A stretch of 62,981 nt of DNA, counting the filler, from Phoronis australis (taxonomy: Eukaryota; Animalia; Phoronida), in NCBI GenBank assembly GCA_002633005.1. It is 10 parts of 10 records of this genome, joined end to end, with 100 filler letters (N's around TTAATTAATTAA, not from the genome) between each part and the next. Parts side by side here need not be neighbours in the genome. Positions count along the whole stretch, not along the records: positions 36,474 to 41,656 come from NMRA01000788.1; positions 41,757 to 46,516 come from NMRA01002493.1; positions 46,617 to 51,138 come from NMRA01002565.1; positions 51,239 to 60,845 come from NMRA01001800.1; 6 more parts are not named here. One strand, written 5' to 3'. Below are positions 37,546-51,314 of this stretch, in pieces. Positions within the stretch are counted from its first letter, which is position 1. Each line of letters starts with the position of its first letter. The notes below the pieces were generated by a model that was not told the origin of the DNA, ran no database searches, and worked only from the letters and a program-made list of their open reading frames with translations. Position numbers and translations under genes: made by a program.

Positions 37546-40500
37546 AAAATGACTGACTGGCAGTATGGAACTCCGTGTTTGCGCTTTTTTCATTGATGGG
37601 GTACAAATCCATTATTATTTTAAAATATGTGTAACTACTAGTATTGGGCCAAGGTCTCTCTCAAGTTGCCATAAACGCATCACACGCAAAACTGAAAATG
37701 ACAGACATGAACTCATTCTTCAAAGCTGAATGATAATGCAAGTGAACGCTGAATGACCTAAAATGAGACCACAGTGATCAGAGGCCTGACCAAGCTGCAG
37801 CCGTTTTCAAGTGAAGTGTGTTTATGTTGATTCTTAGTACACTCTAAAAATTCGTGTGAGCCTAAAAATGTCCTAAGAACATTCTAATGATCCGTACGTA
37901 TCAACGGCCGGCGACAATAATTCGTAAACGCGCAGTAGATGAAAAAGCATGCCTCTCGACGAAAAAACTAATGCGTGCGGATTGTTTTTATTTCCAAATG
38001 AATCGATCGAAAGTTTAGAATGGTGCTCAGATTAAGCGATGTTCGGAAACTTGTGAAAAGGCCGTCGGCCTTAGTGATTGACGCATGTTTCGAATTTTAG
38101 AAGGATACTTAAAGACTTAGTTTGACACCAAAACAACTGTACATGTATTTCATCAACACGGAAACCACTGCATAAATCTGTCGCACAGGGCAGTTCTTGC
38201 CCACACAGCGTGGTTAATTATGAAAGCCCAGCAGTAATGACTGCTTTAACTTGTGTAGTGGCCAGAAAAGCCGAGACTATGTGCCTTTTCAGCATTTAAG
38301 AGTAAATTGGCACTCCCACTCCACGCGTGGCACTGAATGGTGAATGTTAACCAAGACCCTCTTGTACGGGCTTTCCGCTGACCTCACGAATGCTGGCGGC
38401 CGTAGTGGAGGTCATCAGAATTCGCGAACAGAGTTTATCTCCTAATCGCTTACAGTTTAATCCAGTCTATTCTTGAGTATTAGTCGACGTTAAGTGGCAT
38501 CTCACGAGTCACAGATATTTGGGACAAATGCATGGTGACCTTCGTCTACCCTCAAAAGCTCAGAATAAAGAATATACGAATTAATAAATATATTTGTACA
38601 GAATTAAGAATTGTGATATGTTCCATAATGAATTCTGAGGTTGCAATATGAACAATTTTGCTCATTGACTAAATTCATGTGCCCCCAAGTTGGGGTAGCT
38701 TACTGCAAATAGAAGCATGTAGTGGTTGTATTTACGTTTCGTCTTCCCCCTTAGATTTAGGGCAGTGATAAGCCGTCTGCTGTCTGAGAGTGGAATGTAC
38801 AGGAGCATTCGGTTATTTCACTACTGTTGCAGTTTTCTCTTTCATTGTGAAAGTTAATCGTAAATTACCACAATGGTGCTTTTGGTCAAAATCAACTCAC
38901 ATATTTCCCAAAGATATATTTACGCCTACATGTCCATAAATTTGTTCCATTGAAGTTCAGCACTGCCTGTAGCCTGGCACAGATGGTGTCATCACCCTGG
39001 GTCGAGTTTCCAATGTATAAACAAACATCAGTCGCAGTATTACAAAGAAAGTTTCTAACGAGTTATGAATGCACAGATGTTCATTTTTTCAAAACTTACA
39101 GCACTTTTTTGCAGACTAGTCTTGCCTGACCTTCTTATTTGACAAAAATGTTTTGATTAATTGGTGCGAAAACAGAGCGAAGCACTACTTCAAAAATTCC
39201 CCCGGGCTGTTAAAAGAAACGAGTGTCTAACCTCCACGTGAAAGCGCTCTGTACACACTTTAGACGCAGTCGAGGAAACCAAGACTTTATACAACTGCGT
39301 AAGCAGCATCCTTAGTTATTAAACGGGCAGTTCATCTACAAACCCAAAATGTTTTTTTCTCGATATTTAATTGTTAATTAAAAGCTGACAGTATTTATTG
39401 GTCAATTACGAAAACATACAGTATAATCATTCCAGCAAGATTACATCATCGGGCAACATGATGTCATTTCGACATTGATGTTATTCAGCATTTTCAATGT
39501 CATGGTTATATTTGTCTTAATACTATGACATCTAATTTTAAAACCACCGCGCTTCTGTATCTTTTGAATAAATCGAAATAGACGCGGGATCAAGCACGCA
39601 CCCTGACATTCACTTCGGAATGGACCAGACGCCAAGCGCCTGCCATCGCTCCATAGATTGTCGATTAATGAAAAACAGCTTTGTGTTTTCTGGCACGTGG
39701 TTCCTAGCTCCAAGTCCTAAGATAAAAATCTGAGACAACGTGAAAGGCGAGCTTAGTCAAGAGCATGTCTTGCCATACATATTGTCAGTTCGCCGCCGTT
39801 ACATTTACACTAGTCAGTTTTTCAAATATTTATGTTTATATTCTTAACAAAATCTACTCGATATTACGACCTTTGTTATTATCTCAGTGTGGAGTGCATT
39901 AGTCACAGGGACTTGCCAGAGTTATACTAAACATAAGCGTAATGGGTGTATTTTGGAAAATCCATTCTTCCAACGGGAACCAGATTGTATCAAAGTGCGC
40001 AGCCACAGTCTTAGCATGTGGGAAAGACCACCTACCTGGGCGACACCCACACTACTGGTAACTCGAAATCGGCATTTGACGTACAAGAAGCCAGGGACGC
40101 AAATTAGTGAGGACTAGGGGAGGGCTGTGACACCCATGAGACGGTTCGTAACTGGTGATGATCTGAGGGGGTGGCACTGTTATCTTCCACCCCGGTTGAC
40201 AACAACCCAAGTTACATTTAACGGGATACTTTGTCGATAAAAGATTTCACTGGGAAGCCCGCTGTATATTATACTCAGTTGTTAAAAATCTAATGTAAGC
40301 AAACGCAGATCTGCTAGACTACCTCGCTTGCGATTATTCCTGATATGAAAAGCTCCTGACTGTGGCATGAAGGGACACTTTTTGATCGTCATTTGTGCCC
40401 GTGCCAACTAAGGACAGGTGCTCGCGATGTGCTTAGTACAATAAACTGGTTAGCGGGGGCAATTATGTACGAATCGCTTTATTAATTTTTAACGGAAACA

Positions 40501-41808
40501 GCAATGGAACAGAAAACAGACGTGCAGATTCCTCACCTTTGTGCAGCAGGCTCGTAGCCACGGGGGAGGGGGGGGGGGCGGGGGAGGTTCTGGGAGTTCG
40601 ATGGAATCCCCTCGTGGAAAAAATCCAGCCCTAGCGTATCCGTTACGCATGGCACATAGATGAAAAACATCAACAATTTTTTGTAGTTATTACTGGTACT
40701 ACTAACTACTGTAATAATGAAGTTGGTAATGATTTCAAATTTGGTTCTGTAAATCAAAGGCTATATCGAGCCGTATAGTACCCAGCCAACTTTGCCAAGT
40801 GGTCATGTGTTTGTGTACTGGATATCAGGTTCCTGCAGACGACGATTAGAAGACACGTTATGTTAGTGAGTCATTAAACCCACCGACTACCACGTTGAAC
40901 GTGCGTGGTGACGGTGCCAGCTATTTCAGCAACGAGAGGTGTCAAAGTAATATGTCCATCGCTTAAAAATGGATAAACCAACAAAACAGCAGAACATAAG
41001 TTTGTTATCTGATTTTTCGGTATAGTAGCCAGCCTAGGCTTTTTTGATTTTCGAATTGAAGGTGATGTCGAATACACTGTATGTTGATCATCCAGAGCAC
41101 GCTTTGATTGTGGATTAATTAGTAAATTGACATGCATGTGACGTATGCCTTTTCATTATTTCAACACAGCACGCAAAACTTCAAGAAGCAGTCCTCTATC
41201 GTTAAAAAGCAGACGTTTTACTACCGTGTGTTCTTTCACTGAGAAAATCCCTCCTTGTGGGAGGACTAGCATGTCCATATTATTTGGTAAAAGCAGGTTT
41301 AGACCTAATAAAATCTTTAGTCAATGAAGAAAAGTATTCTCTTGTGTACACAACCTCGCAGAGCAGTAAATTTGATGCCGGGAAGAGATTTACAAGGTTT
41401 CAGGTATCATTATTACTCTTGGTGTTAAACCATGTCACATCCGACAGTTTAGCGGAACTGACACTCACAAAGTATTTGTATTCATTTAGCATCCGTTAAG
41501 GTGCGCAAACGTTGAATAGTTCTTAAAACATTAATTGCAGTGTTCGCAAATGACCTCAGTTCCAGTCACTCACAATCGTGACCTTTGAATCTAAAACGAC
41601 TCATTTTTAAACAGAGACAACATGCCGGGCACGAGGATTATTTATTTTATTTCTGCNNNNNNNNNNNNNNNNNNNNNNNNNNNNNNNNNNNNNNNNNNNN
41701 TTAATTAATTAANNNNNNNNNNNNNNNNNNNNNNNNNNNNNNNNNNNNNNNNNNNNGTGAGTATGTGGTTGAATTATGACCAAATTGACAGGCAATGCTT
41801 TGTACACG

Positions 41809-42154
41809 TAAGTGCCGTCCATACATTTACTTGCTCTAGAACATGTTACTCCTGGAACGAGTTGTCGCTAGGTTTGAGGGCTGTGTGGACGCTATTTAAA
41901 CTAGTGCAATGTACCCTAGTTGTGAAAACATACTGCAACTTATCGAAGTAGGGTAACTTGCGCCACTTCTAATCCCTGTGTGACTGCAAATGTGGGGCAA
42001 GGAAGAAGTAATTATCAGCTATAAATGGTTACTTACAAACTGAACTTCTTTTGCCCAAGATATTCTCAGCTGTGTATGTAGACGTTCCACTTGAAGGGGG
42101 CAAGTTGCAGTAGTTCAAGATGTTCTAGAGTAAGTCTATGTGTGGACGGGACTT
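41809..42154. mobile_element. MITE with about 38-bp imperfect TIRs
   Basis: AAGTGCCGTCCATACATTTACTTGCTCTAGAACAT versus ATGTTCTAGAGTAAGTCTATGTGTGGACGGGACTT. Confidence 0.6.
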
Positions 42155-44760
42155 CAGTGGGTTGCCAAAACTTAACTGATTGATTAGAATTTAGGCATAG
42201 CTGAAACGTAGCTTGATATGTCATTTACATTACCTGCTCTATCTTGAACTGTCCATTTATATAAAAATAACTGCAAAATGCCAACAGTTTCCATAATGGA
42301 GGCAACCAGGAACAACTGTACTTTTCTGGCATCATGCCTTGTGCAAGAAACTAAGGCTATGTGATTTTATGATTTTGATGCAAACAAACTCTACTTTGGA
42401 GCGATTGTTCATTCAGATAAAGGATTATTGTGAACTGCCATTTTTAAAGAGTTATTCGAGAAAATTGGTCCATTGTATGTTATTTTATTGTTTAAGTTTT
42501 CCTGATTTCCATTCGGATTTGTTGCATTACTATTCAAGTCAAAACCATTCAACTTCATCAAATCGCAACAATGTTTTTCTTGTATATAGTAGGATACTTT
42601 AAAGCACCAACATGGTGGCTAATGAGATCGGACCAGATAATAAGGGTCTCTAGAGGACAAGGAGGAAATTTCACTTTTGTTTTAAATATGTTGCGTCTAA
42701 TCACATTCATTGTAAAAGGGCTTTTCCACGAGGTCAAACGCGATCTCCTATGCCACCAATAGGAAAAAGAAAAGGAAGTACCCCGGTTTTAGTTATGTGG
42801 GATAAGAGTCGATCCCATGTGATGATCCCCCATTGCTTTCTAAAAGTCTCCTGTTATGCCCTGGACAGCTTGGGCTCGGCACACATGATGAGTCTGGAGC
42901 TCACGTGGCTGCCGTCGGGAAATTAGCACCGAGCACAGGTCAAGGCTTGAAACACAAGAATTGTACGAACCAACCAATAGGTCATTCAGGGCATTTTCAG
43001 TTTACAAACTTGTGTTAGATATATTAGAAAAGAGAAAGACACACTGAAGTGAGCAATTGTGTGTTTTGATGGTGAACGAAGACCACCAACTCTAGCTCCA
43101 GGCAGCCTGCTAAGCTCATATTCCTTTTCTCTCAGCTTAAAGACTGGGTTGCAGTGAGTAAACACTGAATAGTTGATTCCTACCTGCCGTTCAGTATAGA
43201 TTGCTTGGATTCTTTTCATATCCATTGGTTGGGATGAAATAGGTGTGTATTAATAGAGTCGTTTACCTTACCCATAGCCTCTATGGTTTTTACATGTCTT
43301 GAACAAATACAGAGAGTTCTTGTCAGTCATGAAAAATACTTGCCTTTGGATGGAAATGTTGGCTTAACAACGTAAACCTATGTCCCAAGCTCTAAGCTCT
43401 CCTTTGTGTGGTGATTGATTAGGGTAAATCCCGTTGTTGAATGGATTTTTTGCACACCAGTAATAGAATCGATCTTTACAGCTCTTTAGCATTGGAGGAA
43501 ACAAAAGCGTCTTTCAGTTGCTCCCAATTTTCCACTTTCAAAAACAGAAAATTCTGCTATGTCAAACATAAAATTTAATTTTTCCATTTTGTAAATTAGC
43601 AAATTCCATTTTACTATTTGGAAGGAATAAATAACAGGAGAATTATGGGTTGTATTCATATAATTATTCACAGTGTTCTCCACATCTGAAAATCTAAACA
43701 GGTCGCACGCGTAAAAACTGCAACGTGCCGGAACCACATGGCGGTCATCGTTCTCCACAAACTAGTGTGCAGTTTTTTGTGCACCTTATTTTTACCCACG
43801 CATTTTAATAGTAATGCACAGTAGCACAAACAAATAACTATATGTTTATTCAAATTTTTTATTTTTAAAAGTTGAACATATCACACATGTCACAACCCAT
43901 TTTGCTTTGTCAATGACTTTGAAATGGAAGTGTACAGACGTGTTTGATACAGATTGGGGAAATGTTTTAGGCTACTCAATAATTGTGATGATCATGTCAG
44001 TGTCAACTGAGTAGGCCTACCGGTACAAAAAGTCTAACACAGAAGTAAAATTTTCCTATGAAGTAGACAGTCCAAGTGAAGTGTCTTTATAAAGTCTGCC
44101 ACATTTTTATGTCTTGATAGCTGAGTCTACGTTTTCCCTCAGTCTGTAAGTGTAATGTCTTGCACAGCATAGTCTGAATTCGATGTTTTGAAGCTGGTAC
44201 TACATATTGAACTTCTGCACTGCCAGAACTCTTGTAAAAACTGCACAATATGCGAGTCCTCCCTTATAAATGCAATTAGGTAGGGTAAACAAAGCAATGC
44301 ACGTGCGTTTTCCATCTACTTGGACGGGAGTGTTAGGCCTGTTGATGACAAGGAATATTTCTAAAAAGATATCAACTGAATTATCAAACGCTTGTAACTA
44401 TGGAATTCCCATAATTTTCAGAATTGTCACAAACTCATTCTTCCAGATAAAAACCATCCATTTTCAAGTTAGACGTCTTAGAGCGAATTGTATTCATTTG
44501 TATTGCCTGTCTGACATTGTCGTCAAAAATTTGGTTCACCGTTCATGACACGGATATTTGCAATTTGTTGACTGAGCCCGGCAATATCACCACCATCCGG
44601 CCGTGGATTATCTGTCGTATCTGCATTTGAGTCAACGTCAGTATCTGAAACATCTCTTGGTTTTTGAAATAATGTTTAAGCTTAGCGGTGCTTCGCTTTC
44701 GCGCGGCAGACGACATTTCTAGGTATGTAGAATGCGCATGTCAATCGGTAATGGAAGCCA

Positions 44761-45005
44761 GGCGTGCGTTCAGTAGACGCTAGGACATAGCTAAAACCTA
44801 GTCAAAGTCATGTGTTCTCATTTAAAATACACGGCAATATCTCGCGTAATCTCGCGAAGTCTTGCTTTTTAGCGAGGTCCTAGCGTTACTGAACGGGAGG
44901 CTGGATAGAATTCACTAATGTAAGGACTACACTAGGTAAACAAGACTCTGCGAGATTACGCGAGATATTACTGCTTGATTTCAATGAGAGCATGTGACTT
45001 TGGCT
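44761..45005. mobile_element. Short MITE (44761-44900) plus an adjacent inverted partial copy (44938-45005)
   Basis: CGTTCAGTAGACGCTAGGAC / GTCCTAGCGTTACTGAACG ends; AATATCTCGCGTAATCTCGC is mirrored by GCGAGATTACGCGAGATATT. Confidence 0.55.
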
Positions 45006-45920
45006 GCAATTTCTCAGCGCGAGACACATATATTCTGAACTTTACTCAGTGATGTCACCTGCTGTCCCAAATCTCGGAATACTCCCCTGGAACCGCAAAC
45101 ATCCCGCACGGCCACTACCAAAGTCGAGTTTGCGAACGGCTTCGCAGATTTTTAGAGGGAGTATGCGTCACAAATATAATCTTCATGCTGCCAACGAAAC
45201 TCCTTATAAGGCAACGAGATGAACTCAGTCAATCTCAATGGGCCGGTGGCACCAAAAGTAACCAATAATATTCATCTCAGTGAGAAATACACAAACAACA
45301 ACCAATGAGAGCCATCAAAAGCAGTTTCATGCAAATGTTTTTGAGACTGGTATCGGTAAAATCTGTGTCGTGGGGCCCACGGAATATTGAAAATGTGCTA
45401 CGAAAACCAAAATTCTGGCCTCCCAGAAGACGGCCGTTGCATAAACTCAGTGCTGTGCAACGGTGTCTTTGCTGACAACATCTACTTCGCAGAATTAACC
45501 ACCGAGCCTTAATTATTTTCAATGGATAATACGATCAGTAGTTCGCCGAACACAAAAAGGTGACTACAAAAGCAAATAGGCCTAACGTAACGATCAGCGA
45601 CTTTCGTGCCGGACTGCACCTCCAGTGAGCAGGTAGTGGATTAGGCTTATAGGTAGCACTGGGCCTTTGTTTAAATTGACTAGTTGTTCCAGATGAATTG
45701 AAAACATAATTGAGGGATTATTTACACGCTGCATTACACCATAAATAGACTAGGGCCGGGATTGCCGCTTGAGTGAGACCGGTGATTAGGCTGTCCACAA
45801 ATGACCACTTCCTTAGCCTTTATTCAGTTTCATTGGGCTATGGCTAGTTGCCGTCAAGCATAATTTGAACCAGTGGAGACCTTATTAACGACGACGATGC
45901 CTTTTTTACAAAGTAGTCCC

Positions 45921-46021
45921 TATATTTTTAAACTGGTCGCGGGATTTTTAAACAGGACGCTGGATTTTTAAACAGAACGCAAGACATTTAAACAGGACGC
46001 GCGCTCGGCCAAACAGGACGC
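45921..46021. repeat. Minisatellite, five 20-bp units
   Basis: Recurrent TTTAAACAGGACGC core every 20 nt. Confidence 0.8.
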
Positions 46022-46616
46022 TGCGATACGTTAAAAGTGGTTGTGGAGAACACTGATTCATAAATTTTGGTAACTAATATTACACTTAATATCTACTGAA
46101 ATTTATGAATACTATTTGAAGACTTTAATTCCGTCATCGTGGAAAATCATGGTCTCTACACTTGACCCAATTTCTAATTTGGAAGCGGTGAAATCTCACC
46201 AATTCCCAAACTTACCTTTTTCATTTTTCAAGGGCATTCATTGTAAGACAGTTTATTCCACGTATGTATACTTTGTGTGACAATACTCACCAGTCGTCAA
46301 TACTTATAAATACTCTCAGTTCAACACAAGGTGAAAACTGACCTATAAAAATTAGAATATTTTGTGCGCTTTTGAGGGTGGTCTGAAAAGGGTATGTTTT
46401 GTTCACTTGTGAAAATGGCACTAACTACCCCCCTATAAGGTAAAGTAAGAGGTTTTGATGCCATCTACATTTGCACCCTTGTCTGATGAAGGCTGAGAAA
46501 CACTGTGTCTTCTTCANNNNNNNNNNNNNNNNNNNNNNNNNNNNNNNNNNNNNNNNNNNNTTAATTAATTAANNNNNNNNNNNNNNNNNNNNNNNNNNNN
46601 NNNNNNNNNNNNNNNN

Positions 46617-49600
46617 TCGGGTCTTGCAACACTGCATGCTAATGGCTTGCGACTTACCAAGGTGAATAACGGTGCACGGTGTTGGCTTTTTGGATCATGA
46701 ATGTACTCAGGCCTCGGAAGTTTTTGTGACTTGGAATATTTTGTATGCTGTTGCTCTTTATTATGTTTTTGCAGTCGTTTTTTCAAAGCTTGTGAATTTG
46801 AAATAGGTGCAGTGTCACTCCACTGTGGGTGCAATTTTGTTCACTGGTGCACCCTCAAAAATTTCAAATAAAACTTTCACTTTTATTTTATGGTAACTGG
46901 TTTGCATTCACATTTGGCTCGATACATTTTTTAACTACATGTAAACAGTGAAACTTTAGACCAGTGTATGCAGTTATGTCTGCTGTCGGCAACCTGTCAG
47001 CAATCCAGATCACTCTGGCCAGACCAACAACGGTGTGCTAAGAGTCGTTATACCAGTTCAAATGGCCGTCGTCACTTGGATCACAAATCTGAGATAAGTA
47101 GCGAATCATCAGCACATGCCTTGTCATATTTTTCCAAATTCTTGCAATAAAGCAGCATTTCATTTTTATTTATTACAGTGGATTTGATGAAAATCTAATT
47201 AAAGCCCTAGATGTGACACGACACCTGGTGGGAACATTCAAGAACATCACATTGAAATCTTAATTACTTGCGTCTAAAAATTAGCCAGCCAATCGGAATT
47301 TGACCAGTCGGACAAGATTTTGTGACTTGTCCTGTAGGCCTGTGCCCTCATAGGCCAAATAGTGGATTTCTTGGAACATTATGATATTAATGTAACATCT
47401 CAAAAATAAGGTCAATTTCAGATGCAAGGCCATACCAACTGAGTATCTTTTACTTACTACTGTAAGAATTTGCATAGGACTGCTGTTCTGCCAAAGGGAT
47501 GAAGCTTTTTCTAAGATTTTCTTACAGGCATTGGTTCATATTTGCAGCTTGAGTTGGCCGACATCTGCATGAGGTGTGAACATTATGTTGGGACCATTGG
47601 TGGTGGCATGGACCAATCTATCTCATTCCTGGCACAGTCCGGAACTGTAAGTATACATTTTGGGCTTGAAGGGGGTAAGTAGTCCGAATAGTGGCTTAGA
47701 ATTTTGCAGACGGTTGTAGATTATTGGTGTCGTTCTCACACAATAGGCCTTTCGACATTGACAGGCAAGGTCAGTGAAAGTAGTTCTTTGTGAACCCTGC
47801 TCTCAACTGTCTCAGTTGGCCTGTGTAAGTAAACACAGTTTAAAGGTTTGTGGTCCTGGCTGAGAAGGTACTATTGTTTTATTACCCCTGTGGAACAGTG
47901 AATAGCCAAGCCTAGAATGTTACTGAACTGTGTAGAACTAAAGGATTTTCAACGTTATTTGACAGTAGGTTTGATTTACATACATGTATATGGCAACTAA
48001 TTAGCTGCAAGTTTTTCAGAGATTTCAAACTGGTTTCAATGAAATGTTGAGTTAACATGAAAGCTCCCAATATCGATCAGGATATTTTGAAACATTGACT
48101 TAATTTTAAGTAATGGTGTCAGTTGAAATGTTACAAATTTGTTACTTTGTTATGAATCTCGAACTTGATAACCAGTCTGCGCTTCGCAGCAGAAATGTCT
48201 GCACTTTTATGTTTTCTGGTCACGGCAATTTATTACGCATCATTCCAGTTACTCTCTTGGTGAATTCCACTTTCACTCAGCCATGATGTGGATTTCCATG
48301 TGCACTTAATCAATTTGTCAAATTATTTTTGTGCCGTGCTTATTCTGTAGAAACTGTAGAACGTCGCTGCTGATTATGTCCAAAGTATGGAAAATTTGTG
48401 TATGGCACAGCTGAATGATGATTGATGGTTATCTGTCTGATCGTGATTCATAGAGCCTATTTTGATCATTTATCATTTAAAAAACAATTGCAAGCAGTCT
48501 GATACATGTACCAGACGTGTGCAGGTCGCTCAGGTAGGCCCATTGCTCTGATCACATCCAGGAACCATTTGACGTGCCTTTAACCAAGCTGAGGAGGCAG
48601 AGACCGGACTCAAGGGCCTAGCCCCAGTTGGCAGATGTAGTGTTTAAGGCAGCCTATAGTTGTCGCTGTAGTCAGTGCTTAACCATCTTCACTTAATACA
48701 CGTTTTGTTGTGTTCTTCATCTGTGTTATCTCCATGATTACTATGATTGCTATTCTATAAAGATAGCTGACTACTGACTACAACGACAACTATGGGCTGA
48801 CCTTAACACTACAACCTTGAGTATAGGAATCAGACGCTCATCCCAGTAGGCCACACTGCCTTCTCTCATTTATCATTTCCCAGTGATAAGAAATCATATA
48901 AGTTATGGTCACGATTGTCGGTCAACCTTTCATGACAAAATCTGTTATTAACCATTTAATGCCTTTTCACACCTTCACAGGGGCGGATCTAGGATTTTTA
49001 GTTAGGGGGGGCCAGGGCAGAGTATTAGCCAGGATTTTGACCATCAGGCATTCGCACCCGCGAACTGCCGAATGGAATCTGGGAGTTTGGGGGGGGGGGG
49101 GGGGNGGCCCCCCTCTGAATCCACCACTGCTTCATATAATTTCGGTGAAGAATTGATATCAATTCACTATAAGGTTATTTTATGATAAATTGTGACCAAC
49201 GAAAATTGTCAGATTGTGTAGAGTAAACTGGCTATTGTATCAATATTGAATTGCAGGCTAAATTAATCGAGTTTAACCCAATCAAGGCAACTGATATACG
49301 GCTACCAGATGGCGTGGTGTTTGTCATATCGAACAGTCTGGCAGAGATGAATAAAGCGGCTTCGTCCCACTTCAACACTCGCGTTGTGGAGTGTCGACTG
49401 GCTTGTCAGGTATTTAGCCTGGCACCTGTCAAGTGCATGGAAGCCCAAGTTACTGTAGTTTCAAGTGCATATTATGTGGAATTGAGAATTCATACATTGT
49501 GAAAAAGGACACGACCTGCTGTTTGCTCAGTTTCAAAACCTGAGAATTTTCCTCTTTTCTGTTATTTTTTTTGAACTGAAATAATGGTGCATTCACTGGT

Positions 49601-51138
49601 GAATGTCTGAATTTATGGACAAGCAAAATAGACTCTTGTACAAATTATCTTTACCTGCCTGTGTACCAAATTGGAAAGGCACAGGTCCGTTTTTCAATCT
49701 GAATAATTTCAATTACCAAAATTCGAATTTTTTTTTCAGACAAATACAGATTATTGTAATACTGTACATTGTTTTCATTGCTTACTAGTGCCACTCAGTT
49801 TGCTCTTCCTTGTGTTGCATGTGTCATGTGGAGTGAACGGTATAACGTGAGAGCCAAGAAATTCATTATTTTGCTCAAGGTTGGAGTTTGTACCTGTTAG
49901 AAGTAGGCAATAATAGTTGTCAATGACAAATGACCATTCCCCTTGCTGTACACACCACGTGTACGCATGAAAATCTTGCATCGGTCGGGTATTTTTCGAC
50001 GAGTTTATGAATTGTCCAGTCCATTTTCAAACTACAAAATGCAGTGTTCAAAGTTTCAGAAATATGAAACACAAACTATGTATGTGCCAATGAGCAAAAT
50101 TCAGTTTTGGTTTGAGTCTAGGCATCCCAAGCTTTAGAGAACTTCCCAAACTAGAGAATATTCACAGTCAGTTTCAAATGACTTTAAAATGCATTTTTCT
50201 CAAGTCATGGCCTTATTAGTCTCGTGCTGGTTCTCTAGATCGATTTAATTAATAGTTGATCACCTATACCTAGATAATCGCCAAGTCTATGGACCTACCT
50301 TGGAGGAAGTACAGGAAATTGGGGGATCTGCAGAATGAACTTGGCCTGTCTTTGCCAGACATGGTCGAGTTGACCAAGTCGACTCTACATGCACACCCAT
50401 ACAATAAGGAGGAAGTTTGTCAGATACTGGAGGTGACACCTAGTGAGCTGGCCTCAACAAGTCTAAGTGAAAATACTTTGAATGGTTTGTAAATGCATTT
50501 TTATTTTCTTTTAAAAGAGCATTTTGTCGCTATTTAGCTGTCAGTTTTGAATTCTTAACCGATAGGCTTTCACTTGTCTAAATTATTAGCAAATATGACC
50601 AGCCAGCTCAAGCCATAGACAATGAGTTTGTGCGGCATTTTTCAAGTTTACAATTTTAGGCTTGGTCAACCCCAGTGAACTGCCAGGTGTTTTCTTGAGT
50701 CGCTGGTGGTTTTGATGTGTTTATTGGTTACAAAAATAGAATCCCATTATGTTATAAGAAATATTACAGGACTGATTTTAAGACTCTGAATATGTGAGTA
50801 TAAAAAATCCTAATTCAATTTTGAATTTTAGACTCTGTCTGTTAAATTGGATGAAACTGAGCTTTAAATGTTTCAGTTTGCAAATAATTCATTCAGTTTG
50901 GCTCCTGTGAATAGTAACAAAATTTACTCATCTATGAATCAGAATTAAAAAAAAGAGTCTCACTCTATCTACAGTGGACGTCTTCAAGCTGCAGGATCGT
51001 GCGGTACACGTCTACAGCGAGGCGAATCGCGTGCTGGTCTTCAAGCAGATATGTGACACACGTCCCGAGGACAGCCACCAACAACTCGGTGATCTGATGA
51101 ATGAAAGTCATGAGAGCTGTAGAGACAAGTATGAGTGT
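46617..51138 (+). CDS. GALK2: N-acetylgalactosamine kinase (galactokinase 2), partial; exons <46617-46661, 47548-47646, 49257-49409, 50274-50484, 50975->51138
   Basis: In-frame GT-AG splicing gives [15 protein letters not shown]|[33 protein letters not shown]|AKLIEFNP...[15 protein letters not shown]|IIAKS...SLSENTLN|[20 protein letters not shown]...[18 protein letters not shown], which is colinear with animal GALK2. Both ends are cut by linkers. Confidence 0.93.
48636..48813. mobile_element. MITE with about 42-bp TIRs in a GALK2 intron
   Basis: TGTAGTGTTTAAGGCAGCCTATAGTTGTCGCTGTAGTCAGT versus ACTGACTACAACGACAACTATGGGCTGACCTTAACACTACA. Confidence 0.7.
48978..49129. mobile_element. Short G-rich MITE (CAGGGGCGGAT...ATCCACCACTG) in a GALK2 intron
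   Basis: Short TIRs, flanked by the direct repeat CTTCA; an internal N at 49105. Confidence 0.65.
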
Positions 51139-51238
51139 NNNNNNNNNNNNNNNNNNNNNNNNNNNNNNNNNNNNNNNNNNNNTTAATTAATTAANNNNNN
51201 NNNNNNNNNNNNNNNNNNNNNNNNNNNNNNNNNNNNNN

Positions 51239-51314
51239 ATTCTCAAATTCCACTTGCCCGACGCAAAATCTACATGTACACGGGCAATCGGGCAACCGTT
51301 AGTGTTGAGCCCTG
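51239..51314 (-). mobile_element. End of a hAT-like MITE (CAGGGCTCAACACTAAC...) inserted in BEL copy 1
   Basis: CAGGG terminus and repeated TTGCCCG subterminal motifs. It replaces sequence that is continuous in BEL copy 2. Confidence 0.55.

Noticed and set aside
46483-46516. CTGATGA...GAAACACTGTGTC hammerhead-like core
   Set aside because: No stem I or stem II pairing, and the sequence is cut by a linker.
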